The notes under the pieces were generated by a model. The model was not told the origin of the DNA and did not search any database. It worked only from the letters and a program-made list of their open reading frames with translations. A DNA stretch of 64,000 nt from Bacteroidales bacterium (GTDB taxonomy: Bacteria; Bacteroidota; Bacteroidia; Bacteroidales; JAGONC01): positions 6,882 to 70,881 of the forward strand of contig JAQUQD010000002.1 of NCBI GenBank assembly GCA_028716265.1, read 5' to 3'. A program made the position numbers and the translations under genes. Below are positions 9,452-18,575 of this stretch, in pieces (the first letter of the stretch is position 1; every line of letters begins with the position of its first letter).

Positions 9452-10648
9452 TCAGTCCTTCAGTTCGTTGATGGTGATCCAGGCCATAAGGCTCATTCCC
9501 GTTTCCAGGCATCTCTCATCCACATCGAAGGTGGACGTATGGAGGTTGGAGGTGATGCCTTTGGTTTGGTTGCGAATACCCAGCCTGTAAAGGCAGGCGG
9601 GCACCGCATGTGAAAAGTAGGCAAAATCTTCCGAGGTCATTCGCATCTCAAGGTCCCTGACGTTTTCCGTTCCCAGCAGGGTCTCAGCGTAGGATTTCAC
9701 CCTGGCCGTAAGCTCTGCATCATTAACCAGAAAAGGGTATCCATGTGCAATCTCGACATGGCATGTACCTCCCATGGCTTCCGTGACGGATGTGGCCAGC
9801 CGGATGAGGTGCGCGTGCACCTGTTCCCTCCAGCGGTTGTCGAAGGTCCGGATGATCCCTTCCATCCTGACTTCATCGGGGATGATGTTGACCCTTCCGG
9901 CAGCCAGGACCTTGCCGATGGATACCACTGTTGGCAGCACCGGAGGAGCCAGCCGGCTGGCAATTTGCTGGAGGGCAAGGATCACGTGGGCTGAAATGAC
10001 GATAGGATCGACGTTCAGATCCGGCGTGGCAGCATGGCCCCCACGGCCTCTGACCGTGATATAGAACTCGTCGGAGGACGCCATGTACTTGCCGGGCCTC
10101 ATCCCGACCATTCCGGCATCCAAGCCCGGATACACATGCATGGCAATGATACGGTCGACATGCGGATTTTCCAGCACCCCTTCCTCGATCATCTGGATGG
10201 CTCCACCGGGATAGGGCTCTTCGGAAGGCTGAAAAATAAGTTTCACAGTACCGTGAATGTATGGTACGAGATGCTGAAGGATCCTGGCGGTGCCCAGCAG
10301 AGAGGCAAGATGCACGTCATGGCCACAGGCATGCATCACTCCTGGAACCTGCGAACGGTACGGAACCTGGTTCTCCTCCTGAATCGAAAGCGCATCCATG
10401 TCTGCACGCAGGCCAATGACCTCCCCCCCCCGCTTACCCTTTCCGGTGATCAAACCGACAAGCCCCGTTTTGGCAACATTCTGCCTGAAGGGTATACCGT
10501 ATTCGGTAAGCTTACCGGCAATAAATCCGGCTGTGTTGTTTTCATGGCAGGAAAGCTCCGGATGGGCATGAAAATGACGCCGGATGGTCACGGTTTCCTG
10601 ATAAAAAGCGGAGGCCAGCTCCCTGATCTTATCCTGTATATTTTCCAT
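9452..10648 (-). CDS. M20D-family amidohydrolase (N-acyl-amino-acid amidohydrolase type)
   Basis: 398 aa. Motifs: RRHFHAHPELSCHE, GLRADMDAL, HACGHDVH, FQPSEE, GRGGHAA. The stop abuts the mtnA start (9452/9451), suggesting an operon. Confidence 0.85.
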   Translation of the reverse strand: MENIQDKIRELASAFYQETVTIRRHFHAHPELSCHENNTAGFIAGKLTEYGIPFRQNVAKTGLVGLITGKGKRGGEVIGLRADMDALSIQEENQVPYRSQVPGVMHACGHDVHLASLLGTARILQHLVPYIHGTVKLIFQPSEEPYPGGAIQMIEEGVLENPHVDRIIAMHVYPGLDAGMVGMRPGKYMASSDEFYITVRGRGGHAATPDLNVDPIVISAHVILALQQIASRLAPPVLPTVVSIGKVLAAGRVNIIPDEVRMEGIIRTFDNRWREQVHAHLIRLATSVTEAMGGTCHVEIAHGYPFLVNDAELTARVKSYAETLLGTENVRDLEMRMTSEDFAYFSHAVPACLYRLGIRNQTKGITSNLHTSTFDVDERCLETGMSLMAWITINELKD

Positions 10649-10676
10649 CGGTTCAGAATTTCATTGTCCGGCCAGC

Positions 10677-10684
10677 CAAATATA
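10677..10684 (-). promoter_or_regulatory. putative -7 box (TATATTTG on minus strand) for the M20-mtnA operon
   Basis: Plus strand caaatata, 28 nt upstream of the minus-strand ATG at 10648. Confidence 0.45.
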
Positions 10685-10754
10685 TAAAAATAAATGATCT
10701 CAGCCGGCATCAAAAAAGATTGAGTGATACAAACGGGAAGCCCTGAGCATGCGA

Positions 10755-12602
10755 TCAGGCAGAAACAGATTGAAGGGCGTGCAGTTTTTTGTATACTCCG
10801 TTACGTTGCAGGAGCTCCTGATGGGTCCCGCGTTCCACGATCTCTCCCCTGTCAAGCACGACGATCTCATCAGCGAACTGAATGGTCGACAAACGGTGTG
10901 CAATGATCATGGAGGTCCGGTTTTTCATCAGGCTGACCAGGGCATCCTGGACGGCGCGTTCCGACTCTGTATCCAGGGAAGATGTGGCCTCATCCATCAG
11001 CAGGATGGGAGGATTCTTAAGAACTGCGCGGGCGATGCTGATCCGCTGTTTCTGCCCCCCAGAAAGCTTCCCTCCCAGGTCACCGATATAGGTGTCGTAC
11101 CCGTGTTCCATTTTCATGATGAACTCATGGGCGTTGGCAACCTCAGCCGCATGACGGACCTCATCGGCCGTGGCATCAGGCTTTCCCAGGACAATGTTAT
11201 TGAATACCGTATCATTGAACAGGATGGATTCCTGTGACACAATGCCCATTAGATCCCTCAGATCTGAAATAATAAGATCCCTGATCGGGTACCCGTCGAT
11301 CAGGATATCACCTGAGGTGACATCATAAAAACGGGGCAACAGGTTGATCAGGCTGGTCTTACCAGCCCCTGAAGATCCGACCAAAGCAATGTTCTTTCCT
11401 TTGGGGATGACCAGCTGAATATTTTTCAGGACATGTTTGTCCTCATCCCGGAGATCGTCCTGTGCATAGGAAAAATGGACCTGGCGGAATTCGATCTGAT
11501 GACGGAAGTCTTTGATCGGCAGCGCATCCGGTTTCTCCACGATCACTTCTTCCGCCTGCAGGATCTGTTCGATCCGTTCAACGGAGGCAGCTCCTTTCTG
11601 GATATTGTAAAATGCCGTGCTGAAGGCTTTGGCAGGCGGAATGACCTGTGAAAAGATCCCCAGGTACGCAATGAAGGTGGCGGCGTCCAGGGTTGCATCC
11701 GGATGGAGTACGATCCTGCCGCCAAACCACAGGACCAGCACCAGGACGAGCGCACCAAGGAATTCGCTCAAGGGAGAGGCCAGGTCACGTTTCCGGTAGA
11801 GCCGTATCATCAGCCGGGAATAGATGGTATTGTGCTCCAGAAAATGATCATTCATCCTCCCTATGGCATTGAACGCTTTGATGATCCTTAAACCGGATAT
11901 GGATTCCTCAATAATGGACAAGAGCTCTCCCATCTTCCGCTGGCCCTTCACGGAGGTCCTTTTCAGGCTCTTGCCCAGCGCGCTGATGGCGTAGGCGCTC
12001 ACAGGCAACAATACCAGTACGAACGTGGTCAGCGTGGGACTGATGATGAACAGTGTCACGATGTAGGAAATCATGGCGATCGGTTCCCGGAAGATCATCT
12101 CCAGGGAACTCATGATCGACCATTCTACCTCCTGAACGTCCCCACCCATGCGCGACATGATGTCCCCCTTGCGCTGTTCGGTAAAATAAGCCAGAGGCAG
12201 GATCAGGATCCTATGGTACATCTCGTTGCGAATATCCCTCACTACGCCGTTCCTCACAGGAGCCAGGTAATACATGGCCAGGTATCGGAACAGATTCCTG
12301 AGAAAATATAGAATGATAATGAGTATGCAGATGTATAACAGGACCCTGGTCTCTCCGTAACTGCTTATCCAGTGACCGATGTAATAATAGAAGTTCTCCT
12401 TCCAGGTACCCAGATCTGAAAAGGAAAAGGGAGCCGCAGAAACCGGGATCTCCGTTGTCTTAAAAAGCATCTGCAGGACCGGGATAAACAGTGCAAAAGA
12501 GGCCAGTGAAAAGAGAACGGACAGGATGTTGAACAGGATATTCAGCAGGGCATATCCCCAGTACGGCCTGACGTACCTGAATATCTTCAGAAGCTTTTTC
12601 AT
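10755..12602 (-). CDS. ABC transporter, fused permease/ATP-binding protein (MsbA-like exporter)
   Basis: ORF 10755-12791 trimmed to the ATG at 12602 (MKKLLKIFRYVRPYWGYALL). It has six-TM exporter-type N-terminal half, Walker A GSSGAGKTS, signature LSGGQKQR and Walker B ILLMDEATS. Confidence 0.9.
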   Translation of the reverse strand: MKKLLKIFRYVRPYWGYALLNILFNILSVLFSLASFALFIPVLQMLFKTTEIPVSAAPFSFSDLGTWKENFYYYIGHWISSYGETRVLLYICILIIILYFLRNLFRYLAMYYLAPVRNGVVRDIRNEMYHRILILPLAYFTEQRKGDIMSRMGGDVQEVEWSIMSSLEMIFREPIAMISYIVTLFIISPTLTTFVLVLLPVSAYAISALGKSLKRTSVKGQRKMGELLSIIEESISGLRIIKAFNAIGRMNDHFLEHNTIYSRLMIRLYRKRDLASPLSEFLGALVLVLVLWFGGRIVLHPDATLDAATFIAYLGIFSQVIPPAKAFSTAFYNIQKGAASVERIEQILQAEEVIVEKPDALPIKDFRHQIEFRQVHFSYAQDDLRDEDKHVLKNIQLVIPKGKNIALVGSSGAGKTSLINLLPRFYDVTSGDILIDGYPIRDLIISDLRDLMGIVSQESILFNDTVFNNIVLGKPDATADEVRHAAEVANAHEFIMKMEHGYDTYIGDLGGKLSGGQKQRISIARAVLKNPPILLMDEATSSLDTESERAVQDALVSLMKNRTSMIIAHRLSTIQFADEIVVLDRGEIVERGTHQELLQRNGVYKKLHALQSVSA

Positions 12603-12607
12603 CCCTG

Positions 12608-12615
12608 CAAAGATA
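12608..12615 (-). promoter_or_regulatory. possible -7 box (TATCTTTG on minus strand) only 5 nt from the ABC exporter ATG
   Basis: Plus strand caaagata. This spacing would imply a leaderless or near-leaderless transcript. Confidence 0.3.
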
Positions 12616-12666
12616 GGATGAATCAACGCAAGAAAGATGTATTTATTTCCAGTGCGGATTATTTCA

Positions 12667-12674
12667 TACATTTG
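12667..12674 (+). promoter_or_regulatory. possible -7 box (TACATTTG) only 4 nt from the rbfA ATG
   Basis: Exact TAnnTTTG match. This spacing would imply a leaderless or near-leaderless transcript. Confidence 0.3.
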
Positions 12675-12678
12675 TTGT

Positions 12679-13017
12679 ATGGAAACGACACGACAGCAGA
12701 AAATCTCCAGGCTGATACAAAAAGTTAGTGCAGAATTCTTCCGGCAGGAAAGCATCAACCTTTTTGACGGCGCCATGATCACCGTCACCAAGGTCTACAT
12801 TACAAAAGACATGGCCATCGCCCGGATCTACCTGAGCTTGTTTGCCACAAAAGACAAGTCCCATATCCTGCTGATGGTCAGACAGCATACCCGGGATGTG
12901 AGAAAACACGTGGGAAACGTTCTGAGAAACCAGCTGAGGGTGATACCGGAGCTGGAATTCTTTGAAGACGATTCGCTGGATTATATCGACAATATTGACC
13001 GCCTGCTCCATACCTGA
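12679..13017 (+). CDS. rbfA: ribosome-binding factor A
   Basis: ORF 12637-13017 trimmed to METTRQQKISRLIQKVSAEFF, the canonical RbfA N-terminus. About 112 aa. Confidence 0.9.
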   Translation: METTRQQKISRLIQKVSAEFFRQESINLFDGAMITVTKVYITKDMAIARIYLSLFATKDKSHILLMVRQHTRDVRKHVGNVLRNQLRVIPELEFFEDDSLDYIDNIDRLLHT

Positions 13018-13034
13018 AAAGATCTGACTGATCC

Positions 13035-14267
13035 TTGAATCTACCCTTTTACATAGCAAAGCGATATCTTGTCTCGAGGAAATCCCATCACATCATCAAC
13101 ATCATCTCGGGCATTTCCGTAGCAGGTATCACCATCGGGACCATGGCACTGATCATTATCCTTTCCGTTTTCAACGGCTTCGAAAGCCTTGTCATCACCC
13201 TGTTCAACTCCTTCGATCCTGACTTGAAGATCGAGTCCGTCAGGGGCAAAACGTTCAACCCCCGGGATATTCCCAGCGAGGAGATCAAAAAAATTCCCGG
13301 ACTCGTTCGGTTTACAGAAGTGGTTGAGGAGAACGCACTGCTCAAGTATAAGAACAAGCAGTATATCGCTACGATCAAAGGTGTATCTCCTGATTTTGAG
13401 GATCTGCACGTGCTGGACTCCGTGCTCATCGACGGGACGATGAAATTGAAAAGAGGGAACCTTTCGCAGGGAATCCTGGGACTTGGGGTGGCCTACTACC
13501 TGGGAATCCAGGTGAATGATCCCCTGAATTCCATCACCGTATATGTTCCGAAACGTACCAAAAAAACGCTTACAAACCTCGAAGACGCCTTTAACAGCGA
13601 TATCCTGGCACCTGCCGGCGTTTTTTCGATCCAGCAGGATTTTGACGCCAAATATGTCATCGTACCCATTGACTTTGCGCGCCGCCTGCTTGAATACTCA
13701 GACGATGTCACCTCGATCGAAATCGGCCTAGCCCCACAAACCAACATTGATATGGTGCAGGAACAGATCACCTCGGTCACGGGAGATGCATTCAGTGTCA
13801 AGAACCGGTTCCAGCAACAGGAAACGCTATATAAAGTCATGAAATCGGAAAAACTGGCCATCTTCCTTATCCTGACCTTCATCCTGCTTATCGCGACCTT
13901 CAACATCATCGGATTGCTTTCCATGCTGATCATCGACAAAAAAAAGGACATTGCCGTCCTGCAGAGCCTGGGAGCCCATCCCGGATTGATCAAGCGCATC
14001 TTCATGGCAGAAGGCTTGCTGATCTCGCTTTCAGGGGCCATTTTCGGATTGTTCCTTGGAGGCCTGATCTGCTGGCTTCAGCAGCAATTTGGCATCGTTC
14101 CGCTGGAAGGTGGCAGTGAATCCTTTGTGATCGATGCCTATCCGGTCGAAATGAGGGCGATGGATTTCCTGTTCGTTTTTCTCACGGTATTTGGTATCGG
14201 TGTACTGGCTGCATGGTACCCCGTACGGCAGGTTTCCAGAAAATACCTGCACCTGAAGCTGGCGTAA
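13035..14267 (+). CDS. FtsX-like ABC transporter permease (LolC/LolE lipoprotein-release family)
   Basis: 410 aa. N-terminus FYIAKRYLVSRKSHHIINIISGISVAGITIGTMALIIILSVFNGFE is typical of LolC/E, and there is a C-terminal FtsX 3-TM module. The start codon is TTG at 13035, with no nearby ATG. Confidence 0.85.
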   Translation: MNLPFYIAKRYLVSRKSHHIINIISGISVAGITIGTMALIIILSVFNGFESLVITLFNSFDPDLKIESVRGKTFNPRDIPSEEIKKIPGLVRFTEVVEENALLKYKNKQYIATIKGVSPDFEDLHVLDSVLIDGTMKLKRGNLSQGILGLGVAYYLGIQVNDPLNSITVYVPKRTKKTLTNLEDAFNSDILAPAGVFSIQQDFDAKYVIVPIDFARRLLEYSDDVTSIEIGLAPQTNIDMVQEQITSVTGDAFSVKNRFQQQETLYKVMKSEKLAIFLILTFILLIATFNIIGLLSMLIIDKKKDIAVLQSLGAHPGLIKRIFMAEGLLISLSGAIFGLFLGGLICWLQQQFGIVPLEGGSESFVIDAYPVEMRAMDFLFVFLTVFGIGVLAAWYPVRQVSRKYLHLKLA

Positions 14268-14434
14268 CGGATAATTATGTATTTTTGGCCTCCTCTTGTA
14301 GGAACAATTTGTGTTCATTGATTCATTTTGATCACTGGTATGAATCCCAGTGGATTCCAATAGATATCGGATCTGGACTCAAATTCAGGTGTTTACGCCA
14401 GGGAATTATCTTGAATGACCCCTCCCCCTTTTTT

Positions 14435-14566
14435 GGGGTGTGTCAAAATATAATTTAACCCCGGAGTGCACAGAGGATTCACGGAGATCACGGAGTTTAA
14501 ATAACTCGTTATCAGTCCTCTGTGATCTCTGTGGTTTAATAAAAGAACATTCATTTTGGCACACCC
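14435..14566 (+). repeat. about 130-nt composite imperfect palindrome / structured element built from CACRGAG words
   Basis: The outer 14-bp stem pairs 14436-14449 with 14553-14566. The inner 16-bp stem pairs cacggagatcacggag (14480-14495) with ctctgtgatctctgtg (14518-14533). An apical ataac/gttat mini-stem sits at the tip. All three non-Watson-Crick positions are G-U in the plus-strand RNA and would be A-C in the minus-strand RNA. Confidence 0.7.
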
Positions 14567-14610
14567 TCTAGATGGAAAAGGTTAAATCATATTAAACTAA
14601 ATAATTGAAA

Positions 14611-17600
14611 ATGAGCTTGCTAAAACATACCAAATCCTTCTTTGTTCTGATCCTTCTTTATATGGGCATGACCCAGCTTTTTGCAGGTGAGATCGTCTTG
14701 CGGCCGCAGGGGGTAAACAGGCTGGAGGTGAAGACCAGCGCAACCGACCGGCTGGTATTGTTCAACACCCTGTCTGAGCTGGATGCAATGAAAGTTCAGA
14801 CCGGATCAGGGATCTTCGTCCAGCTGAAGATCGAGGGCTATTCGTATACCGAGGTGATTGGCGAACCAAGCCTACCGGTGAACCGGAAGCTTATTGAGGT
14901 ACCCTTCGGATCCTCACCCCGCGCGGAAGTGATCAGCTATACGGCGGAGGACTATTCCCTTTCTGACCTTGGGATCCAGTTTCCCATCATCCCCGATCAG
15001 CCTCCGTATCCCAAATCCGCGGTAAGCCCTCTTTCCTTTGAATATCATGCCAGTGTTTATCAGCAGGACGAGTTCTGGGGCCCGGAGTTGATCACCGTTG
15101 AGGTGCTGGGGATCCTGAGAGGTATCCAGCTCGGAAGAGTAACCATTTGTCCGTTTGCCTATAATCCTGTCAGTCAGACACTGCGTGTTTATCATGATCT
15201 TCTTGTCGAGATCCGTTTCGAGCATCCCGACCTTGCAAAAACGGAGCAGATGAGGGCCATGATGGATAATCCATACTTCAGAGGGGTCGGTTCTTCCCTG
15301 CTTAACTACAGGACTGCCGCTACAAGGGATACGATCACCCGGATCCCCGTAAAATATGTCATCGTTTCCGATCCCTTGTTCCAACCGCAGCTGGAACCGT
15401 TTGCTACCTGGAAGACAAAAAAAGGATTCACAGTCGTCGAGGCCTATACGAATGATCCCCAGGTCGGGAATACGACTGCGTCCATCAAAGCGTATCTCCA
15501 GGGATTATATGAAGCGGGCACGCCTGATGATCCCGCTCCCTCGTTCGTGCTTTTCGTCGGGGATGTCGGCCAGATCCCTGCATGGAACCTGAGCGGGGAA
15601 TCGGACCTGGAATACTGTGAATATACCGGAGACCTGTTCCCTGAAGTGTACTACGGCCGTTTCTCGGCTACCAATCCCGAACAGTTGCAGCCACAGATCG
15701 ACAAGACGCTGATGTATGAGCAGTTCACCATGCCCGATCCCTCCTACCTGGGTGAGGTGATCATGATCGGCGGGATGGATGGATCCTTCGGACACAACTG
15801 GGCGAACGGCCAGATCAATTACGGCACCGAAAACTATTTCAACGAAGCACATGGCATCTATTCCAACACGTACCTGTACCCCAATTCCGGTTCCAGTTCC
15901 GGCCAGATCATCCAGAACGTCAGCGACGGGGTGGCATACGCCAATTACACGGCTCATGGAAGCCCCAGCGGATGGGGAGATCCTTCCTTTACAACCTCCG
16001 ATATTCCAGGACTCCAAAATGAAGGCAAATATGGACTCCTTGTCGGCAATGCATGTTCCACCAGTGAGTTTGCGAACAGCGCATGCTTTGCTGAAGCGTT
16101 GCTCCGGGCTGCCGGCAAGGGAGCGATAGGCTACATCGGCGGTTCCAACAGCACCTACTGGGATGAGGATTATTATTGGGGTGTGGGTGTGGGCCCCATC
16201 TCCGAAGATCCCCCCAGCTATGAAGAAACAAGCCTGGGATCCTATGACCGTATGTTCCACGACCATGGTGAACCCATTGAAGACTGGTATACAACACAAG
16301 GTCAGATGATCTTCGCCGGCAACCTGGCCGTTACCGAAGGCTCACCAAGCATGGCTCAATATTACTGGGAAATCTACAACCTGATGGGAGATCCGTCCCT
16401 TTCCCCCTTTCTTGGCATTCCAGCCACCCTTGCGGTCACCTATGAGCAGCTGATGCCACTGGCTTCCACTGCATTCACGATCACTACCGAGCCCCACGCG
16501 TACGTTGCCATATCCAAGGATGGAGTCCTTCACGGAGCCGCGTTAGCCAGCGAGGAGGGCAGCGCAGTGGTGGCGCTGACACCCATCACCGTACCGGGCA
16601 ACGCCGATATCGTTGTCACGGCGCAGGGACGTCAGCCTTTCATTGGAAGCGTAGTGGTTGCCTCTCCCGAAGGCCCGTATGTCCTCATGAATGAATTTCA
16701 GCTGAACGACGCACTGGGAAACAACAACCAGATGGCGGATTACGGCGAGGCTATTCAACTGAACATCACGTTGAAAAATGTCGGCAACTCGGATGCCGAT
16801 AACCTTGCTGCCATCCTGAGCACGGATGACCCATACGTTACCATCGCCGAAGCGATGCATTCCTGGCCGGATATCCCGAGTGATTCTGTTTCCTTTCAGG
16901 AGGGAGTTTTTCTTATTCACATCCATGATTCCATCCCCGACAATCACAAGGTGGTTTATTCCCTGCATGTATCGGATGGCGATGAATCCTGGACGGCCTC
17001 CATCAGCTTCCTGATCCACGCCCCGCATCTCATCCTTGGCAACTATACCATTGATGATGTTACTTTTGGAAACGGCAATGGCAACCTGGATGCCGGCGAA
17101 GTGGCCGACCTTTATGTTGACGTGACCAACACAGGCCATTCCGTATCCGAACCAGCTTCAGTCACGCTGGACTGCGAAAACAGCTACATCTTCATTAACT
17201 CCTCCCAGGATGAACTTCCGGCACTCTCACCCGGGGAAACACACTATGTACATTTCTCGCTCACCGTCGATCCGGCTGCGACGATCGGGAACGTAGCCCA
17301 TTTCGGTGTACGGGCTGACTATGATCCATATTCCTGTGAAAAAGACTATCACCTTAAGATCGGCAAGATCAGCGAAGACTTTGAAACGAATGATTTCGAA
17401 GCCTTTAACTGGGTGCTGGGAGGCGATGCCAACTGGGAGGTGCAGGAAAACGGGTATTCGGGAACCTATTGTGCACGGTCGGGAACGATCACGCATTCCG
17501 AACAGACGGTGTTGATGATCACCATCGATGTTCTGGCCAACGACTCCATCAAGTTTTTCAGAAAAGTATCCTCTGAATCCGGGTATGATTTCCTGAAGTT

Positions 17601-18522
17601 TTACATCGATGGCTATATGAAAGCGCAGTGGTCAGGGGAGCTTGGATGGGAGCAGGTTTCATTTCCCGTTTCTGCAGGCACACGCACCTTCCGCTGGATC
17701 TACGTCAAAGACGTCTATACAAGTTCCGGCGGTGACTGTGCATGGGTGGACCTGATCGATTTCCCTGCCATGGCCACGGAGCCGGGTCCTTTTGAGCTTT
17801 ACGCCTATGCCAATCCGCAGGAGATCTGTGAAGGATCTTCCACCATGCTTTTCGCCATCCCCAGTGGAGGCAGCGGAGCATACTCCTATTCTTGGGAACC
17901 TGCATCTTCACTGAGTGATTGTACCATTTTCAATCCTGAGGCTTTCCCGGAGACAGAAACGGTTTATACCGTCACGATCACCGACGGGCAAAACATCCTT
18001 ACCGCGGAGATCACCGTCGGCGTCAGGCCACGTCCTGTCACCCCATCCATCACACAGACCGATGATGCGCTGGTATCCAGTGCGGCTCAGGGAAATCAAT
18101 GGTACAGGGAGGGGGTGCCTATCGCGGGTGCCACGGGCCAATCCCTGATCCCTCCAAACACGGGAGAATACTGGGTCACGGTGACCGGTGAGAACGGCTG
18201 TGAATCAGAACCATCCAACACGATTTTCTATATGTACACCGGCATCGGAACGACAGACCATTTTACAGCCCTGAAGATCTATCCCAATCCGTTCACAGAA
18301 AAGGTATCGTTTGAATTTACGCTTGCTGAGCCGTTCCCCGTTTGGATGACCATTTTTGACGCAAAGGGGAAACTGGTCAGTCTGCTTGTTGACGGTCAAC
18401 ACCTGGACAGGGGATTGCACACGACTGACCTGTCAGCCGGCGGGCTTATTCCGGGGATCTATTACTGCAGGTTTGAAACTCCTGGACGTATCGAGGTTAG
18501 AAAAATTATTCTCACCAAATAA
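14611..18522 (+). CDS. peptidase C25 (gingipain-like cysteine protease) with T9SS C-terminal sorting domain
   Basis: About 1300 aa with a signal peptide. It has a gingipain-type propeptide region and catalytic His (YTAHGSPSGWGDP) and Cys (LLVGNACSTSEF) motifs. Repeated Ig/CARDB-like modules follow, then the C-terminal tail KIYPNPFTEKVSFEF...GIYYCRFETPGRIEVRKIILTK. ATG 14611 is preferred over TTG 14605. Confidence 0.9.
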   Translation: MSLLKHTKSFFVLILLYMGMTQLFAGEIVLRPQGVNRLEVKTSATDRLVLFNTLSELDAMKVQTGSGIFVQLKIEGYSYTEVIGEPSLPVNRKLIEVPFGSSPRAEVISYTAEDYSLSDLGIQFPIIPDQPPYPKSAVSPLSFEYHASVYQQDEFWGPELITVEVLGILRGIQLGRVTICPFAYNPVSQTLRVYHDLLVEIRFEHPDLAKTEQMRAMMDNPYFRGVGSSLLNYRTAATRDTITRIPVKYVIVSDPLFQPQLEPFATWKTKKGFTVVEAYTNDPQVGNTTASIKAYLQGLYEAGTPDDPAPSFVLFVGDVGQIPAWNLSGESDLEYCEYTGDLFPEVYYGRFSATNPEQLQPQIDKTLMYEQFTMPDPSYLGEVIMIGGMDGSFGHNWANGQINYGTENYFNEAHGIYSNTYLYPNSGSSSGQIIQNVSDGVAYANYTAHGSPSGWGDPSFTTSDIPGLQNEGKYGLLVGNACSTSEFANSACFAEALLRAAGKGAIGYIGGSNSTYWDEDYYWGVGVGPISEDPPSYEETSLGSYDRMFHDHGEPIEDWYTTQGQMIFAGNLAVTEGSPSMAQYYWEIYNLMGDPSLSPFLGIPATLAVTYEQLMPLASTAFTITTEPHAYVAISKDGVLHGAALASEEGSAVVALTPITVPGNADIVVTAQGRQPFIGSVVVASPEGPYVLMNEFQLNDALGNNNQMADYGEAIQLNITLKNVGNSDADNLAAILSTDDPYVTIAEAMHSWPDIPSDSVSFQEGVFLIHIHDSIPDNHKVVYSLHVSDGDESWTASISFLIHAPHLILGNYTIDDVTFGNGNGNLDAGEVADLYVDVTNTGHSVSEPASVTLDCENSYIFINSSQDELPALSPGETHYVHFSLTVDPAATIGNVAHFGVRADYDPYSCEKDYHLKIGKISEDFETNDFEAFNWVLGGDANWEVQENGYSGTYCARSGTITHSEQTVLMITIDVLANDSIKFFRKVSSESGYDFLKFYIDGYMKAQWSGELGWEQVSFPVSAGTRTFRWIYVKDVYTSSGGDCAWVDLIDFPAMATEPGPFELYAYANPQEICEGSSTMLFAIPSGGSGAYSYSWEPASSLSDCTIFNPEAFPETETVYTVTITDGQNILTAEITVGVRPRPVTPSITQTDDALVSSAAQGNQWYREGVPIAGATGQSLIPPNTGEYWVTVTGENGCESEPSNTIFYMYTGIGTTDHFTALKIYPNPFTEKVSFEFTLAEPFPVWMTIFDAKGKLVSLLVDGQHLDRGLHTTDLSAGGLIPGIYYCRFETPGRIEVRKIILTK

Positions 18523-18575
18523 TTGGTGATTCCATAAAATTATACTATTTTTAACGGCTTGTTTTCAACCGCTTC

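Noticed and set aside
12603-12791. 63-codon N-terminal extension of the ABC exporter ORF, with similar extensions of sufC (to 36285), sufD (to 35426), the SufT-like gene (to 32265) and the LOG gene (from 27205).
   Set aside because: The extensions overlap the neighbouring gene or its promoter and add non-homologous residues. Internal Met codons give N-termini matching the known families.
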